A model generated the notes under the pieces. It was not told where the DNA came from and searched no databases. It saw nothing but the letters and a program-made list of their open reading frames with translations. A stretch of DNA of 64,000 nucleotides from Vicugna vicugna (taxonomy: Eukaryota): positions 5,214,508 through 5,278,507 of the forward strand of contig MU058584.1 of assembly GCA_013265495.1 (NCBI GenBank). Reading direction: 5' to 3'. Each line of letters opens with the position of its first letter. Position 1 is the stretch's first letter. Position numbers and translations under genes: made by a program. Of the stretch, positions 26,332 through 39,924 are shown piece by piece.

Positions 26332-26770
26332 TGTAACCGAGTAGGACGCTATGTGGCCTTTCCAGGACAGACCCCTCCCCCATATGCTTTGCTGCAGCTC
26401 CTCTCTGAAGCACCCAGACAATAGTATCTCATGCATATTATCTGAATTCTTCAGATGCTAAAACTACTACCAAAAGGAAGAAATTAACTATTTGATGATC
26501 ATGAGCGCACAGCTCCCAGACTCTCTGCCTAAGGATTGATCACCAAAAAACAATCGGAATTGTGCACAGCTGATCACATACCCTGGGCTGCCCCTCCCTC
26601 AGCTGACTTTTAAAAATCCTTCTTCGAGGATTTCAGGGATTTTGGGGGGCACATGCCACTCATTCTCCTTGCTTGGTCCAGCAATAAATTTTTCTCTGCT
26701 CCAAACTCCAAAGTTTAGGTATTTTGGGGCCTCACTGTGAGTTGGGAACATGAACTTGTGTCTGGTAACA
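26332..26770 (+). repeat. ERV 3' LTR (439 bp)
   Basis: Starts tgtaaccg and ends ggtaaca; AATAAA at 26683-26688; homologous to the 5' LTR. Confidence 0.93.
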
Positions 26771-29549
26771 GCAAGGTGGATCACAAATCATAAAACACCA
26801 AGGATCACCCATATCATGGGCTTTACAATAAAAATAAGGTTTCATCTTATAAATAAAATGGGACACTTGTGCCAATAATTGGCTCAGAACTGTACAAGAT
26901 AAGACCAGATGCTGGTACCTAAGGATTTCAGAAGTCTTCCTAGAATTATATGGAAGATAAATAATGTCTTGGTGTCCCCAAGGAAGTGATAAACTGAGTC
27001 TTTGTTGAAACTCATTCACAAGACAATGACAATTTGCCACTAAGTAATGCCCCAAATTTGCTCTCTGAGGCTCTGTTCTTATCTCCTGGGGTAATGAAAT
27101 AAATGACATGGTTGCCAAATTACTAATCTACATGTGATCAAGGAATTTCTATCTGTGTGTTATGAATGGAGGGGCAAATAAAATATCTCCTCAGAAATTC
27201 AGACTTCTCACCTTTAGTCTCAGGTTTTATAAATGGCTCATCTTGAAAAAGAAAACAAACTGAGTGACCACATGCTAAGCTGTTGTATATAATTTTCTTA
27301 GATGGGATCAATTCAACGGTATCATAAATGTAGATAAATGTATGTCATTTAAAGCAATGAGTTCGATGAATGCCCAAAGCAGTGAGGGACACAGGAAAGA
27401 GAAAATTCTAAGACTGAGGCTGGGAAGATAAAAGAACATTGGGGGAAGAGGAAAGAACTCTTTTTTAAGGAAGTCCTTCAATTTTTCAAGGTACATACTT
27501 ATTTGGTAAAGAATCACGGATATTCATCACTAAAGGAAGACGTATGTCATTATGTCTCTCCAAAAATCACATACGTGTGTAAGACCCTTGTATGCCTCCT
27601 GGCTATGGAAAGGATGAGAATTAGTCCCTTCAGATCAATGCATGGGACTCTACAGTTGAGGTGAAGTTAGTTCTCGGTGGACTACCATAAATAGAGCACT
27701 CAGGGAACAGATCGCATTTAAATCAGTTGGTGCATCGTGTAGTGCTCAAAGGACGTGAGTCCCCTGAGTCCTCTCAAAGCCATTACCCCACACTCTGAGC
27801 ATTCATTTCTATCTTTAAGGATAGTCATTTATGAAAAGACATATTCAAGATGGGACAGAGTCACCTTAGGAAAGTATACACACAGCTTCCCACAAGACAA
27901 ATTTAATACCACTTTAAGAAACAAAACGCTGAAGTGCTATTTGAAACTTTATTATGTTAACAGCTCCATGAGTGGGGATTTTTAAAATAACTTTTCCATT
28001 TGATATTCCTGACTATTACATTCCAAATGACCCTCAGGCAAAGACATATAATATCACAAGCTAATGAGGAGAGACAATCCCCAGCAGTCTGGGCCGGAAT
28101 GAGTGAGTCACAGGTGTCATTCAGTAAGTAATTATGCACCTGCTGGGGCGTGGTTTCTGCCTCCAGTAAATATTGACAGCTCTTCCTCTCCATTGTGAGA
28201 GGAAGATTTATTGGAGTCTGTGTTCTACCATAGTTTTGCTCTTGTTTTGGGACTTTTTGTTTACTCAAATCAAACAGATAAAAGCCAGTGGGATTTCTAG
28301 TCAAGCCTGAGCTGCATTTGGACAATAGGATTAAATATAGTGTTGGATACAAGGGGAAGAAATCAGAAACCATCCAACCATTGCTTCAGGCACAAAAGCC
28401 AGGAAGGAAAATTTAACAATTTACCAACTAGAATCTGGGGTGAAGGGAAGCATCTATTCTCATAACAGAGGTCAGACGTGGAATGATGAGATGGCTGCCT
28501 CTAGCCAAGATGCTAAAATCAGTCAAACAATGTAAGTACAATTATTTGCGGGGGATGGGGAAGAATGTCATTGAGAACACCCAGAGTTTGTTCTCTAAAA
28601 ATCGAGTTGACGCCTGACCTCTAAGTGGTCCTCTTGTTTCATCTGCTACTATTCCTTATGGTCACCTCACTCAATATTCAATATTCCTTTAAGAATTGGT
28701 ACTTAGTTAACTCTTTTTATCACGCTGAAGCACTTCCATTGTTCCAGATGACTTTTGTGCCACATAGTCAAAGTTTCCAAATCACTTTCTTGGTCTCGCC
28801 ATCTCCAAGGCCTTCTCTCCCTCCCCACTTCTACAGCCACATCCTGGACCTTTAGTCACTTGTCCCTGCATTCCTGAGGGCTTCAGTTGAGACACACTAT
28901 GGTCCAAACACAATCTCCCACTCCACCTGCTCTTATTCTCACAAGCCCTTCAACCCTCTTCTTTTCAAAGACTCCTCCTATCTTCACATCTTTCTTTCTT
29001 CAGTCTAGACTCTGTCCCCACACTTGAATCACTACCTTGCCAGAGCTGTTGTTACCTTGCCTGTCTGTTCAGTTTTCTCATATGCCACAGCCTAATATTG
29101 AATTCATCCATGTCAATTTTTATTTAACTTTCTGTAGCCCATGTCAAATCAACCTCCTTCAACTTTAGCTCTCCTCTGTGTTGCCATATGAACTAGCCTT
29201 TTGTTTAATGGACAATGTAATAGCCATGAAGTAGGAATACCCTCTACCTTTTTCCATTACACCTGCAGTCTTAGCGGCATCAATCAACACACTGCCTCTC
29301 CAGTGCAGAGCTTGTCTTTCTCTAGTAGTCTGAGTGCTCCTTCACCAGTGCTCTGGATCTCATATCTTCCAGCTCCCATTTAAATGTATTTTTTCATAAT
29401 TCAAAAAAAATTAGTTTAATAATTTTAAAAGAAAATTATTTAATGGTAGATGTAGTATCTTTCATTAGTGTATTCATAATCAACACAGCTGCTCTTAAAA
29501 GTTCTTTCTTTTGTCCAGTTTCTCCAAAGCATCCTTAGCAACAAGTTTT

Positions 29550-29740
29550 TGAACACTTATTCCAGGCATTTCACATTAATTAGCATCTACTACATAAGGT
29601 GGCTATTATTATTCCCATTCTACAGATTAGGAAACTGGATCTCAGACAGTTATGTAAGTTACTTAACATTCCACAGTGACTGGCAGATTTGGGATTGGAA
29701 CCTAGTCTCCCAACACTGAAGGTTGTCTCTTTTCTTTTTA
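29550..29740 (-). mobile_element. MIR SINE
   Basis: 'attattcccattctacagattaggaaactggatctcagacagttatgtaagttactt...gggattggaacctag'. Confidence 0.8.
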
Positions 29741-31233
29741 CTACTTTGAATTGATCATCATCCCGCTGACCTACCACACATCTTTTTCCCGTTCTTATCT
29801 CTTTACATCTGGAAAAAAATCAAATTAAGGGGCTGTTGATAGCAGCGGGGAGAGCCACTGACTGAGGCAAAGAGCTTGTTCAAGTACTCGGAACAGAAGG
29901 AATTAGCAATACTCAGACTTACCTCACCCTGCCTTCTCCTTAAGGAATCTAGGGTGAATGAATAGTGACCTGTGATAGAGACATCAGCTCCCACAGGTCA
30001 CAATGCTCTTGATACGTGCTTTTGGAGATGGAGTAACAAGGAGTGAGAATGCAGAGTGGCCCAGAAACTCTCAGATTAGCCTCTTTTCTGACAGCAAATG
30101 GAACTCAAATGTCCCAAGAGAGATCCTAGGTACTCAGCTGCATGCAGCAGCTACACTGCTCACAATCAGGTGTTCTGGTGAGGGTAGACATGCTGACAGA
30201 CCCGTGAGTCACTCCATGACTGCTTACTGAGGATCTTTTAAGGGGGAAACACTGTACCACAAAGGGAGATCAGATATAAAAGGATAAAGTATGTGCATAC
30301 TGAATTTTGCAATTCAAGATAGAAAATGATATGGTCATAGGAGCAGTACAGATAAAGTACAAAATGTGTCCAAAGGAAGGAAAAATTCTTCCAACCTATG
30401 GTAGGAAGAGCTTTCTTAAAGAGGCAGAATTTTAACTGAAGCAGAAAAGATTTGGATCTATGGAGACAGTTTTAAAGGACAGATCAAGGGGTTGTATCAA
30501 CAGAGGCCACAAGCTAGGAATGTGATGTGTGTGTGTGTGTGTGATCCAAAGAGAAATATAAGTATGAGGTACTCACAGTAAAGAGTTGATAGTCTGAGCT
30601 ATCCAAAGCATCAAGAAAGGGATGGCTAGGAGTAGAAGATGTTATTGGAAAAGACTTCTGAATTCCCCCTTTGTAGGATCACTCCTGTTTTCCCATCTTC
30701 CCTTATTCAGCTTACGTTAGGTCTGGCTCATGACGGCTCTTCAATGCCAGCCTAGGAAATGTGGATCCTGTTAATTAGAGTATGGGGGGGAATGTGAAAT
30801 GTTTTGTTTGTGTTTTTTAACTAGAGATGGGGAACCCAAAGCTGTTCTTTTGGAAGATTAATGTAATCGTGTTATTGGAGGACAAGGGAGTCAGCGAATC
30901 AGGCTCAAAATTATGAATATTATTAGGGTTCTTTCTACTCAAAACTGTCAAGTTTTTCAACAAACCAGAATATCAAAGATATCTATTGAAAACCCATGTT
31001 AGCACACCATTCTCTGTACAGGTTATACAGCTGATATTTCAAAGATACATTAATCATCTGCTTTTGTATATCTCATAGCCTTATTACAAAATAGGATGTA
31101 AAAGGACAAATAAGCTGAAAAGATATATAAATAATAAAGTATAAACTAAGTACAAAGTAAAAATAAACACTGCAGCAATGTTCTTAAGTGTTTACACTCT
31201 TGTTAAAATCTAGATTACCAGGCTCATAAGAGC

Positions 31234-31410
31234 AAGGTTGGCAAGGTTTTCTGTAAAAAGCCGTACAGTAAATAATTTAGGCTTTGGGGGACATTGGGTC
31301 TCTGTCGCAAACACTCAAGTCTGCTGTTGTAGCAAAGAAACAGCCACAGAAATTACATAAAAAACTAGACATGGTTGTGTTTCCATAAAACTTTATTTAT
31401 AAAAAACAGT
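31234..31410. mobile_element. MER58A-like hAT-Charlie DNA transposon
   Basis: 'ggttggcaaggttttctgtaaaaagcc...gtaaataatttaggctttg...ctgttgtagcaaagaaacagccacaga...ccataaaactttatttataaaaaacag'. Confidence 0.8.
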
Positions 31411-32225
31411 CGACAAGCATTCCATGGAAGCTAAAAATAGTTGCTAAAAGTTTGACAAGGAACAGGATATTTACATAATCTCAAAGAATACTCCTATGAA
31501 ATACATATGAGTGCTTAATATGTACTTAGTGTGTGTATCTAGTATCTTCACAGTGGAGAAGCCTAGAGGACACAATGTGAGCCAAATGGTAAAATGAGCA
31601 TCACCAGAAGTCATGTGGCACTGAAAATAATGCAGGGAGAAGAACACAGCATCATTTCTGTGGTTGTCCTGCCAGAGATGCAAAACCTGAATCTGATCAT
31701 AAGAAACATGAGACAAATCCAAACTGAAGGATATTCTGCAGCGTAATTGGTTTGGACTCATCACGCAAATTAAGGTCATAAAGGAGACGGAAAACCTGAG
31801 GAACTGGTCCAGATCAAAAGAGACTAAAGAGATACAACAAGTAAATACCATGTATCATCCTCCATCAGATCCTAGACCTTAAAAAGGACACTATTGGGAC
31901 AACTGGCAAAATTTGAACGGGGTCAATGGATTGCATGTTAGCATTGTACCTGCGTGACCATCCTGGTTTTCATGGTTGTACTGTGGTCACTTAGGAGAGT
32001 GTTCTTGTTTTTAGGAATACATACCAAAGCATTAAGGTGTAGTAGGACATCACATCTCTCTTACTCTTGAATGGTTGAGAAAAATAATATGTATAAAAAA
32101 TAGGGGGTTAGAGAAATGTACATCAATGATGTAAAATATTCATCTTTGGCGCATCAGAGGGGAAGTCTATAAATGTTCTTCACACCAATTTTGCCGCTTT
32201 TCTATAAGCTTCAAAAGATTAAAAA
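31411..32225 (+). mobile_element. Ancient L1 (L1MC-like) 3' region
   Basis: 'cacagcatcatttctgtgg...aacctgaatctgatcataagaaacatgagacaaatccaaactgaagg...ttgggacaactggcaaaatttga'. Confidence 0.75.
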
Positions 32226-32248
32226 TACAGACTTAGAAAATGATTGTC

Positions 32249-32455
32249 AAACAGCAAGTCTATACTGTATAGCACAGGGAATTATATTCAATATCTTCCA
32301 GCAACTTACGGTGAAAAAGAACATGAAAATGAATATATTTATGTTCCTACATATCTGAAGTATTGTGCTGTACACCAGAAATTTACACAATATTGTAAAC
32401 TGACTATACTTCAATAAAAATATATTTTTAAAAAATTTTTTAAATGAAAGATAAA
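32249..32455 (+). mobile_element. Short 5'-truncated L1 3' end with TSD
   Basis: 'tactgtatagcacagggaattatattcaatatc...tgtaaactgactatacttcaataaaa'; TSD aaaatgattgtc (32237-32248) / aaaacgattgtc (32456-32467). Confidence 0.9.
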
Positions 32456-32874
32456 AAAACGATTGTCTATCATATGCCAACTAAAAGCAGGAGAAAAAAA
32501 TGCCCAGATGTCCGGGAATACATAAAAGGATTAAAAACAATGAGAAGCTTGTGTAACCAATTTATACACTAGGCAGAACATCAATTCATCAGTAATTTCC
32601 AGCTGACTTTGAACAGAAGCTTCTTAACTTCCAACAACATGTAATTCAATTAAGGAAAAAACAAAACTGAGCTTAGTCATATAGAAAATGCTAATGAAAT
32701 CATGGTGCACTTCAACATGCTTCAAAATAATTCCATCAATGTTAAAGGAGCTACAGAGATAAAAGCTGAAGAGTGGGTCATAAAAGGCAGTATATCACCA
32801 TGATGGTGTGTGTATTACCAATGGCCTAGAGCTGCCACCAGATTTAAATTTAAGCCAAAAATATTGTACCTAAG

Positions 32875-33185
32875 AATGGGGCAAATCCAGGTATTACTGG
32901 TCCCTAAATCTATGTAATTTACAGACCCTCTCTTGGAAAAAAAGAATACAAAATTATGAATAAAAATTAGGTACAATGTTGAATATTAAGAAAAAGAAAA
33001 TAAATCATGACAAATTACAAATTTTTGAAAGCTGACAAATACAATCATTCAAAAATGTAGTATTTTTATTAATTTGTTGCTTGGTATGACTTTTTCATTC
33101 ATTCTCTGGATTTTGTGGCCACATCCTTTTTGATCACCATTTATTATGACAACATTCTGTGACATCATAGCCTATACAGAAATAG
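32875..33185. mobile_element. hAT-Tip100-like DNA transposon fragment
   Basis: 'aaagaatacaaaattatgaataaaaattaggtaca...caaattacaaatttttgaaagctgacaaatac' resembles remembered hAT-Tip100 consensus; exact family uncertain. Confidence 0.55.
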
Positions 33186-33583
33186 GAAGGGGCTGATGCT
33201 AGCAAGGAGCTCTGTATCCAAAGATTCATGAGCTACAAATAAATCCACTTCTGCCTCAAAATAAGGTGTTTCTCAGAGATGTAACCAAATATACAGAGGA
33301 CATTAAAAGGATGATCTCTGAGCTGATGAAGGCCTAGATAAATTTAGAAGTCCAGGAGCTCTACTTAACCAATCTAGTATGTTGACTCTTGAAGCATTCT
33401 ATGGATATATAAATGAGAACAGTTTAAAAGTAAGTTTTTGAAATATGATGGGACTTGGTTGTTATTTATGCATGAGAATGGCATGACATTAACAAGTCTA
33501 CTGCTAAATAAGGCTCAATAAATCTAAAGAGCTCCTTCAGTAAGTATAAATAAAAATTCTAAGTGATAAGAAAGCTTTGTGTT

Positions 33584-33947
33584 ATGGAATACTACTCAGC
33601 CATTAAAAAGCATAAAATAATGCCATCTGCAGCAACATGGATGGACCTGGAGATTATCACACTAAGTGAAGTAAGCCAGAAAGAGAAAGAAAAGTATATG
33701 ATATCCCTTATATGTGGTATCTTCAAAAATGACACAAATGGACTTATTTATATGCAGACTCACATGCATAGAAAACAAACTTATGGTTACCAAGGTGGGG
33801 AAAGGGAGGTGGAGGGATAAATTGGGAGTTCAGGATTTGAGAATACTAACTACTATATATAAAATAAACAGCAAGGTCCTACTGTATAGCACAGGGAACT
33901 ATATTTAATATCTTGTAATAGCCTATAATGAAAAAGAATATGAAAAG

Positions 33948-33999
<52 letters not shown>

Positions 34000-34070
34000 T
34001 TGGATCACTATGCTGTACACTGGAAATTAATACAACATTGTAAGTCGACTATACTTCACTTAAAAAAGAA
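33584..34070 (+). mobile_element. 5'-truncated L1 (ORF2 C-terminus plus 3' UTR)
   Basis: Translates MEYYSAIKKHKIMPSAATWMDLEIITLSEVSQ (L1 ORF2 end); (TG)n(TA)n at ~33950-33999; degenerate TSD aaagctttgtgttatgg (33571-33587) / aaagcactgtgtcatgg (34071-34087). Confidence 0.92.
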
Positions 34071-35014
34071 AAAGCACTGTGTCATGGTTTACTTGACCAC
34101 ACTGTGTGTGCATGTTACATAAAATATTGATGTATCTTAACAATCAAGGGCATCTTGGATTCACTAACATATGAGTCATTTATTTTGTTCCCTTGTTTAT
34201 TATAAGAAAGTCTAGCTCAGAGGTCGAGTGTGGGACAACTAAAACAAAGCAGTTATAACAAAAGGAAAATTTAAAGTGACTTAAAACCTACTAGGTTGTG
34301 GGCAGAGTTGGGCCTAATTAGGCCAGTGGGGTTCCTGAGTAGGGTCCCACCAGCAGGATGGTACAAAAGCAAACAGGTGTAGAAAGAACCAGAGAACAGA
34401 CTTGAGCTAAAGTCCTGTTAAAGATACAAAGTGAGAAAGCCAATTTTAGAGCAGGACCAAAAGATCAAGAGTGGAAACAGGTAGAACTTGGAGGACAGCC
34501 AAGAACAGGATGCGAGCCCTAGCGCTGCCTTGAAGTCCACATAGCTCACACCTTCCTCTCTTGGCCCCTTAAAGAGTTCCAGAACACAGCTGGAAACCAT
34601 CTACCATATCAGGAGTAGCTGAAAGAATTACATCTGTTTAGTTAGACAAGCCAAAGCTATACAGTTAGAACCACGCTCGTATTAAAGGGATGCAGCCATG
34701 CAGGAAAGGGGGCAAATTTATCCCATATAATTCCATGTGCAAAACTGAGACCAACATGTGGAATTTATGAGGAGACTGATTCTGAGTAATGAAAGCAAGG
34801 ACTTTGCTAGAATTATTTGCTTCCATTCACCTGGAACAGTCCTTCAATCTTTCTAAATTATCAATAATATTGGCTAAATTAACTAACAAAAATAAAAAAT
34901 TTCTCAGCACTTACTGTAGTTTCGTTGTAGAATGGAAGCTAATGATACCTTCTGAGCTTAGGTAATTTATCAGAGGTATAACCGTCATGGCAATCTTACA
35001 CATAAAACTGATTA

Positions 35015-35215
35015 AAGGCACTATTCAAAGTATCTTACGCATATTATTACATTTAATTCTCACAACCACCCTAGGAAGTAGGTTGTACTATTCCACTTTA
35101 TAGATGAAGCAAATGAGACACAGAGAGATTGCATACCTTGCCCAAAGTCGTACAAGAGGTAAGCAGTCAAGCCAGGGTTTGAACGAGATGTACTTGGTTC
35201 TAGAGTCTGTTTCCA
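35015..35215 (-). mobile_element. MIR SINE
   Basis: 'tttaattctcacaaccaccctaggaagtagg...ttttatagatgaagcaaatgagacacagagag...ttgcccaaagtc'. Confidence 0.85.
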
Positions 35216-35849
35216 CCACCACAGTTTACCACCTGGCAGAAGGAACTAGCAGAGTCCAGTAACACATGGGAGGTGAATTAAGTGCTCTTTGGCTACATTC
35301 TACAAGTCTCAGTTCATGTTGGGTATCAGTTCAGTTTTTATCGATGTCAGATCAGCACCTTATTTCTACACCTACTTTAATTTCTATGTTAACAAGGCTG
35401 AACATTTAGCCCTATTAAACAAAGTGCTTGTGAGGTACCGCAACACAAGATATAGGACACTAGAATGTATGAAACGATAAATCCTTCTTGACCATATTAA
35501 AAAGACTAAATAGAAACTAAAAACCTATTTTGCTTTTTGTATGGGAGGGGGTCTTCCTCCAGATTTTCAACATTTTCAAAAAGTGGCATTTGCTTGCATT
35601 CTTCAGTTTGCAAGAACCTCAAAAGTTCAGCTGCCCCAGCTCAGCCCCCATTAGAAATGCTCACTCAGCCTTGGCCAGTTGCCAAACAATCATCTGTTTA
35701 TTTCACTGCAGTTAATTCATGAGAGTGACACCAATGACCAAGGGCAGGAGCTGGTGATGTGTGCAGTGGGGCAGCCGGACTGCGTACATGCCCAAAGAGG
35801 AAAAACCACTCCAAGGGGTCTAGAATCAGTAATTACACTGTTAAGGAAA

Positions 35850-35892
35850 TGCACAAAGAAGCAGATGTCTTGCACAAAAAGGCAGATGTCTT
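35850..35892. repeat. Imperfect 21-bp tandem duplication
   Basis: tgcacaaagaagcagatgtct / tgcacaaaaaggcagatgtct. Confidence 0.8.
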
Positions 35893-36808
35893 GGATAACA
35901 GGATATATTTCTTAGCTAGGAAATCATATTTCAAATGAAGATATGAAAATGTGTTGCTTTGAGATTTCTAAGGAGACTCAGGAATACGGTATAGGATTGA
36001 TCCCCAGGAAAAGGGATAAAGGTGGTAACAATTACGGTGCAACTACCAGGTATCACAGACTGTACCAAACACTTCAACATCATGATCTAATTTAATCTTC
36101 CCAAAGCCAGAGGCTGCTAAAGATTAAGAGGCAGAACTACAACTTGAACTCACTTCTTCATGATTCTAAATCCATGATCATCCTACTATATTAAGCTGTT
36201 TAATATATTGAGCAACATGTTGACAAATTTGACTTTAATGAGGCATTCTGAGTTGTTTTCTTCCCAGAGTCAAACGGGACATCGATGTGGTTGTGCTAAG
36301 AGGTTACGTAGCCAAATTAATCTGTGGAAGTGTTAAAGAGTAAGTGTTTAATGGGACTGTCAGAGCTTGGTGGTACCGGAGCTGCAAGTCCATGAGCTTT
36401 TCAAGAAGAAAGCTGTGGGCAACCAGCATTTTCAACCTGGAAGTGATGGAGGTGGCACTCAGATCTCATCAACTATACTATCGTGCTTAACTTGCAGACT
36501 GAGATGTGGGCCTTCCCTGCGTGAATCACAGGCTGAAGCCTGCAAGTGTCCAGATATATATATTCCTTATTACGTGATAAAAAACTAAACAAGGAAAGGC
36601 CACCACAGCAGAGAACCTGGGGCAGACATGGAGACAGGAATCAGGGGACACAGGACTGCTACCGAAAGCCAGCTTTAGGTAAAAAAAGCTTCTGATGAAA
36701 GGAGGGTGAAGGATTTGGATATTAGACCATTCAGGGGAAACAGAAGTTACAAATGAAGAAAAGAGATTCCAAAGGTGCATGTCAGCGTCCTTGAAGTCAA
36801 AGAGACTC

Positions 36809-36976
36809 TGTCGGGGAGGGGATAGCTCAGTGGTAGAGCACATGCTTAGCATGGAGGAGGTCCTGGGTTCAATCCCCAGCACCTCCATTAAAATTTTTTT
36901 TAATTAAAAAAAACTAGTAATAAATAGATCTAATAACCTCCTCCCACAAAAAGTAAAATAAAATTTCTTTTAAAAA
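36809..36976 (+). mobile_element. tRNA-Ala-derived SINE (camelid Vic-1 type)
   Basis: tRNA-Ala-like head plus A-rich tail; exact 15-bp TSD aagtcaaagagactc at 36794-36808 and 36977-36991. Confidence 0.94.
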
Positions 36977-37784
36977 AAGTCAAAGAGACTCAGAGTTCTA
37001 ATAGTTACAGACTGATGATTCGATGCTATAGAGATCTATGTTTTAGCCCATAGAAGAAACAACTTTCTAAAAACCAGTTTAACTGAAAATGGAATGAGTT
37101 CTGTGGGGAGGTAGGGAGAGCCTTGTTAACGGAGACATCATCCTGCTCAGTAAACACATACACAAAAACACTCCTTGGCCAAACTGCCATTGCCAACTGC
37201 AGCAACATGAAGATACCGTGTAATTCATGTGTTCTATGATGTTTCCCCAGTGCCTCCCATCTCTCTCTACAGGAGATGATCTGCAGTATTTGCTCCACGT
37301 TCTGAAAATCATCTTACCTGGCTTCACTTTGTAGGTGCCTTGTTACTGTCCACAGTAACTGCCCCAATGTGGATCCAATCATGTATTTTTCTAGTTACCC
37401 TATTTGGACATGTCATTGCTCCCATATTTATTCCCTCTGTGGTTCTTCACCCTTTAGCAGCATGTCAACGTCTCACCTTCAAATGCAGCCCACGAGACTG
37501 GTTGGCTTCTATCAGAGGGAGAGTAATGTACGAAGATCAAAGCTAGAAGACAGGTTATGATGCAATACCGCCCCCCTTGACAATTACACATTGTTCTGTT
37601 TGAATCAATATTTCCCGCGTCGTTTGATTTACCCATTCGCAGTTCCACAGAACATTTTTCTTTGCTTTTTCAGATGCATTTTGAGTTCACTGTACCGCAT
37701 TAGCATTCTCAGGCTAACTCATCTGGCCTCCATTGTTGTTCCTGGCAGTTGATTTTTGTTGCATTACCACTTTTGTAGTCAAGG

Positions 37785-37925
37785 AACCATGGAATTACAG
37801 AGCTGGAAGAGATCCTAGAAATCATTTACACCAAATGCCTTATTTTATAGATGGAAAACTAAAGCTTCTGGAGATGATATTATTTTCCCAAGGTCATAGG
37901 ATTAGCAGCAGAACTGGAACCACTC
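37785..37925 (-). mobile_element. MIR/MIR3 SINE
   Basis: 'agagctggaagagatcctagaaatcatt...ttattttatagatggaaaactaaag...cccaaggtcatagg'. Confidence 0.7.
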
Positions 37926-39924
37926 TTACAATGGGATCAGCCTAACTTCCCTGTCGTAGGAAAATTGTCCATTTTCAGGTAATGATCACTGATGACAGCT
38001 GAACTACCCTGACCCCTGCCACCTGACCATTCCTCTTACCGAGGCCCCCAGCAGCCAGGCTCTGACTAGTTCATCTCTTAAAACATAGCAGAAAAAAACT
38101 ATCCAGATTTTCCTCATTAAAAACAATTACACCTCATAGTTTCAAGATCCAAGATGTATAGAAGGCCATGTTCAATAAGAAAGCCAGCTATATTTGCTTT
38201 TGGCATTATCCTAATATTGGGGGCGGGGGTGACAGTTAAAGAAGGAGAGAATTTAAATAAAAGATTCACATGAACCAAAATCAAATGAAATAAATAATAA
38301 TTCTAAAAAGAAGGAATTTTTTTGCTTGTCCTATGCCACCACCTAAATTAAAGATATGGGAGTTTTGTTTATTTAAAACGTAGTACCGATTTGAACAAAA
38401 CCTATTTATTTTCTAAATCTGAAACAAAGCAAAACTGGGTTATCAAAAATCTCAGGGCCATACATTTGTGTCTCACTTTGTCTGAGTTCCTAGTCGGCAC
38501 TAAACTTTTTACAGATGGTACCGATATTGTCATCCTACAAACATCAATTCATCTGGAGACCAGTCAGCCCACAGCCCATGTGGCGGAAGAAAAGATGCTG
38601 ACATTCTCTTGAGCACCACCTATGTGTTAGACTCCTTCGTATGCGTTATGCTGTGTTAATGGCATGAAAGCCTTGAGAGATAGATATTGTTATTCCATTT
38701 GCTTTCCGTAGATATGGGACCTGAGATCTCCACCCTACAAGTGGTAAAGCCAGAGCTTGAACGCACATCTGGTTGATCTCTTTTTTTTTTCTCTATTCCA
38801 TACTGCCTGTTCCCAAAGAGACTCTCAAAGACCACCAGCATACACCGGACATTCACTGAGCAGGAGTAGGTCAACCACTATAAAGTGAAACAAAGAAAGG
38901 ACTCTGGAAACTGAGATGAATGTCCAGATGGTTCAGCAGTTAAAGCAAGAAGAAGCATCTGTCGGGCATAGATGGGAGGGGTTAAGTGGGCCATTCAAGG
39001 GAAGCAGCGGAAAAAAGGCTGAGCCACAGTCCTCTTGTTGGTCCTTACCTTGAGTCTGGGCAGAACGCCAACACCATCGCACATGTTTTACTTAGGTGGT
39101 CCTTCTTTAGGAGGCAGCCAGGAGCAAGATGGGCAACTGATGGTTTGAGAGGAAGGATATGAGTATCCATCAGTGCCCTGGATCCGCTGTGTCAGTGATG
39201 GGAGCCAACCAGGTCTCTCCAGACTTTTCTTATAAACTAGGGCCTTATCTGTGACAGTGAAATCTTACACGCTCTTCCAATCCAGACGTCACTGTGCACC
39301 TGGTGTGCTAGGGGATTATGGGACCCAGAAATTGTTATTTTTCAAAATGAAAACTATTTTCTAGGGACTGTCACCTGGAGAGTTATAAAAGCAATGGGAG
39401 CCAGCCTTCTTCTCCCCACCAAATCGACTCAGATTCCTAGACTCAGGGTTGGAGGGGATTTTCCATGTTTTCCTTATTTTCTTCCTTCCTTTATATTCTC
39501 TTGTTTATTTTCTTCTTCCTTCCTTTCCTCGATTTTAAATTATTTTGAAAGTATGCACTAGGTGGTGAATGAACCCAAAGAAGACAGGGAAACCACCAGA
39601 GAGGAGCCAGGGAGATGGACATAATTATCTAAACAAATAACTAGTATTTGTACGGTGGCTCCTAAGATTTATATGTTAGGACTTTTTTGCCTCTCTTTGA
39701 TATTTGTCACTTTCTCTCAAATCCTATTTCATCTTTTTGATTTAAATTTTTTTCTACCTTTTCAACCTTCTAGTTCTCTAATGGCATCATATGTTGGTTT
39801 GAGTCAATCTTTCATTCCTTCTAGTTTGGTCTTCATTTCTGAATGATTTTTTTTCCTTTTATTACAAATTCTTTCCTAAGTTCTGTAGCCACTTTGATTT
39901 AGTCTCTGAAAATATAAATCCAAA

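Larger units (their letters stand above)
21387..26770 (+). mobile_element. Degenerate class I (ERV1/gamma-like) endogenous retrovirus, non-autonomous
   Basis: Two homologous TG...CA LTRs; PBS after the 5' LTR; PPT before the 3' LTR; gag and env relics; possible 4-bp TSD gaaa/gcaa (3 of 4 match). Confidence 0.93.

Noticed and set aside
33563..33820. 85-aa ORF with L1 ORF2 similarity as a gene
   Set aside because: It is the C-terminal tip of a 5'-truncated L1.
36812..36888. Functional tRNA-Ala gene (also at 15850, 20250 and 58560)
   Set aside because: Stem mismatches, A-rich SINE tails and flanking TSDs identify these as retroposed SINE copies.
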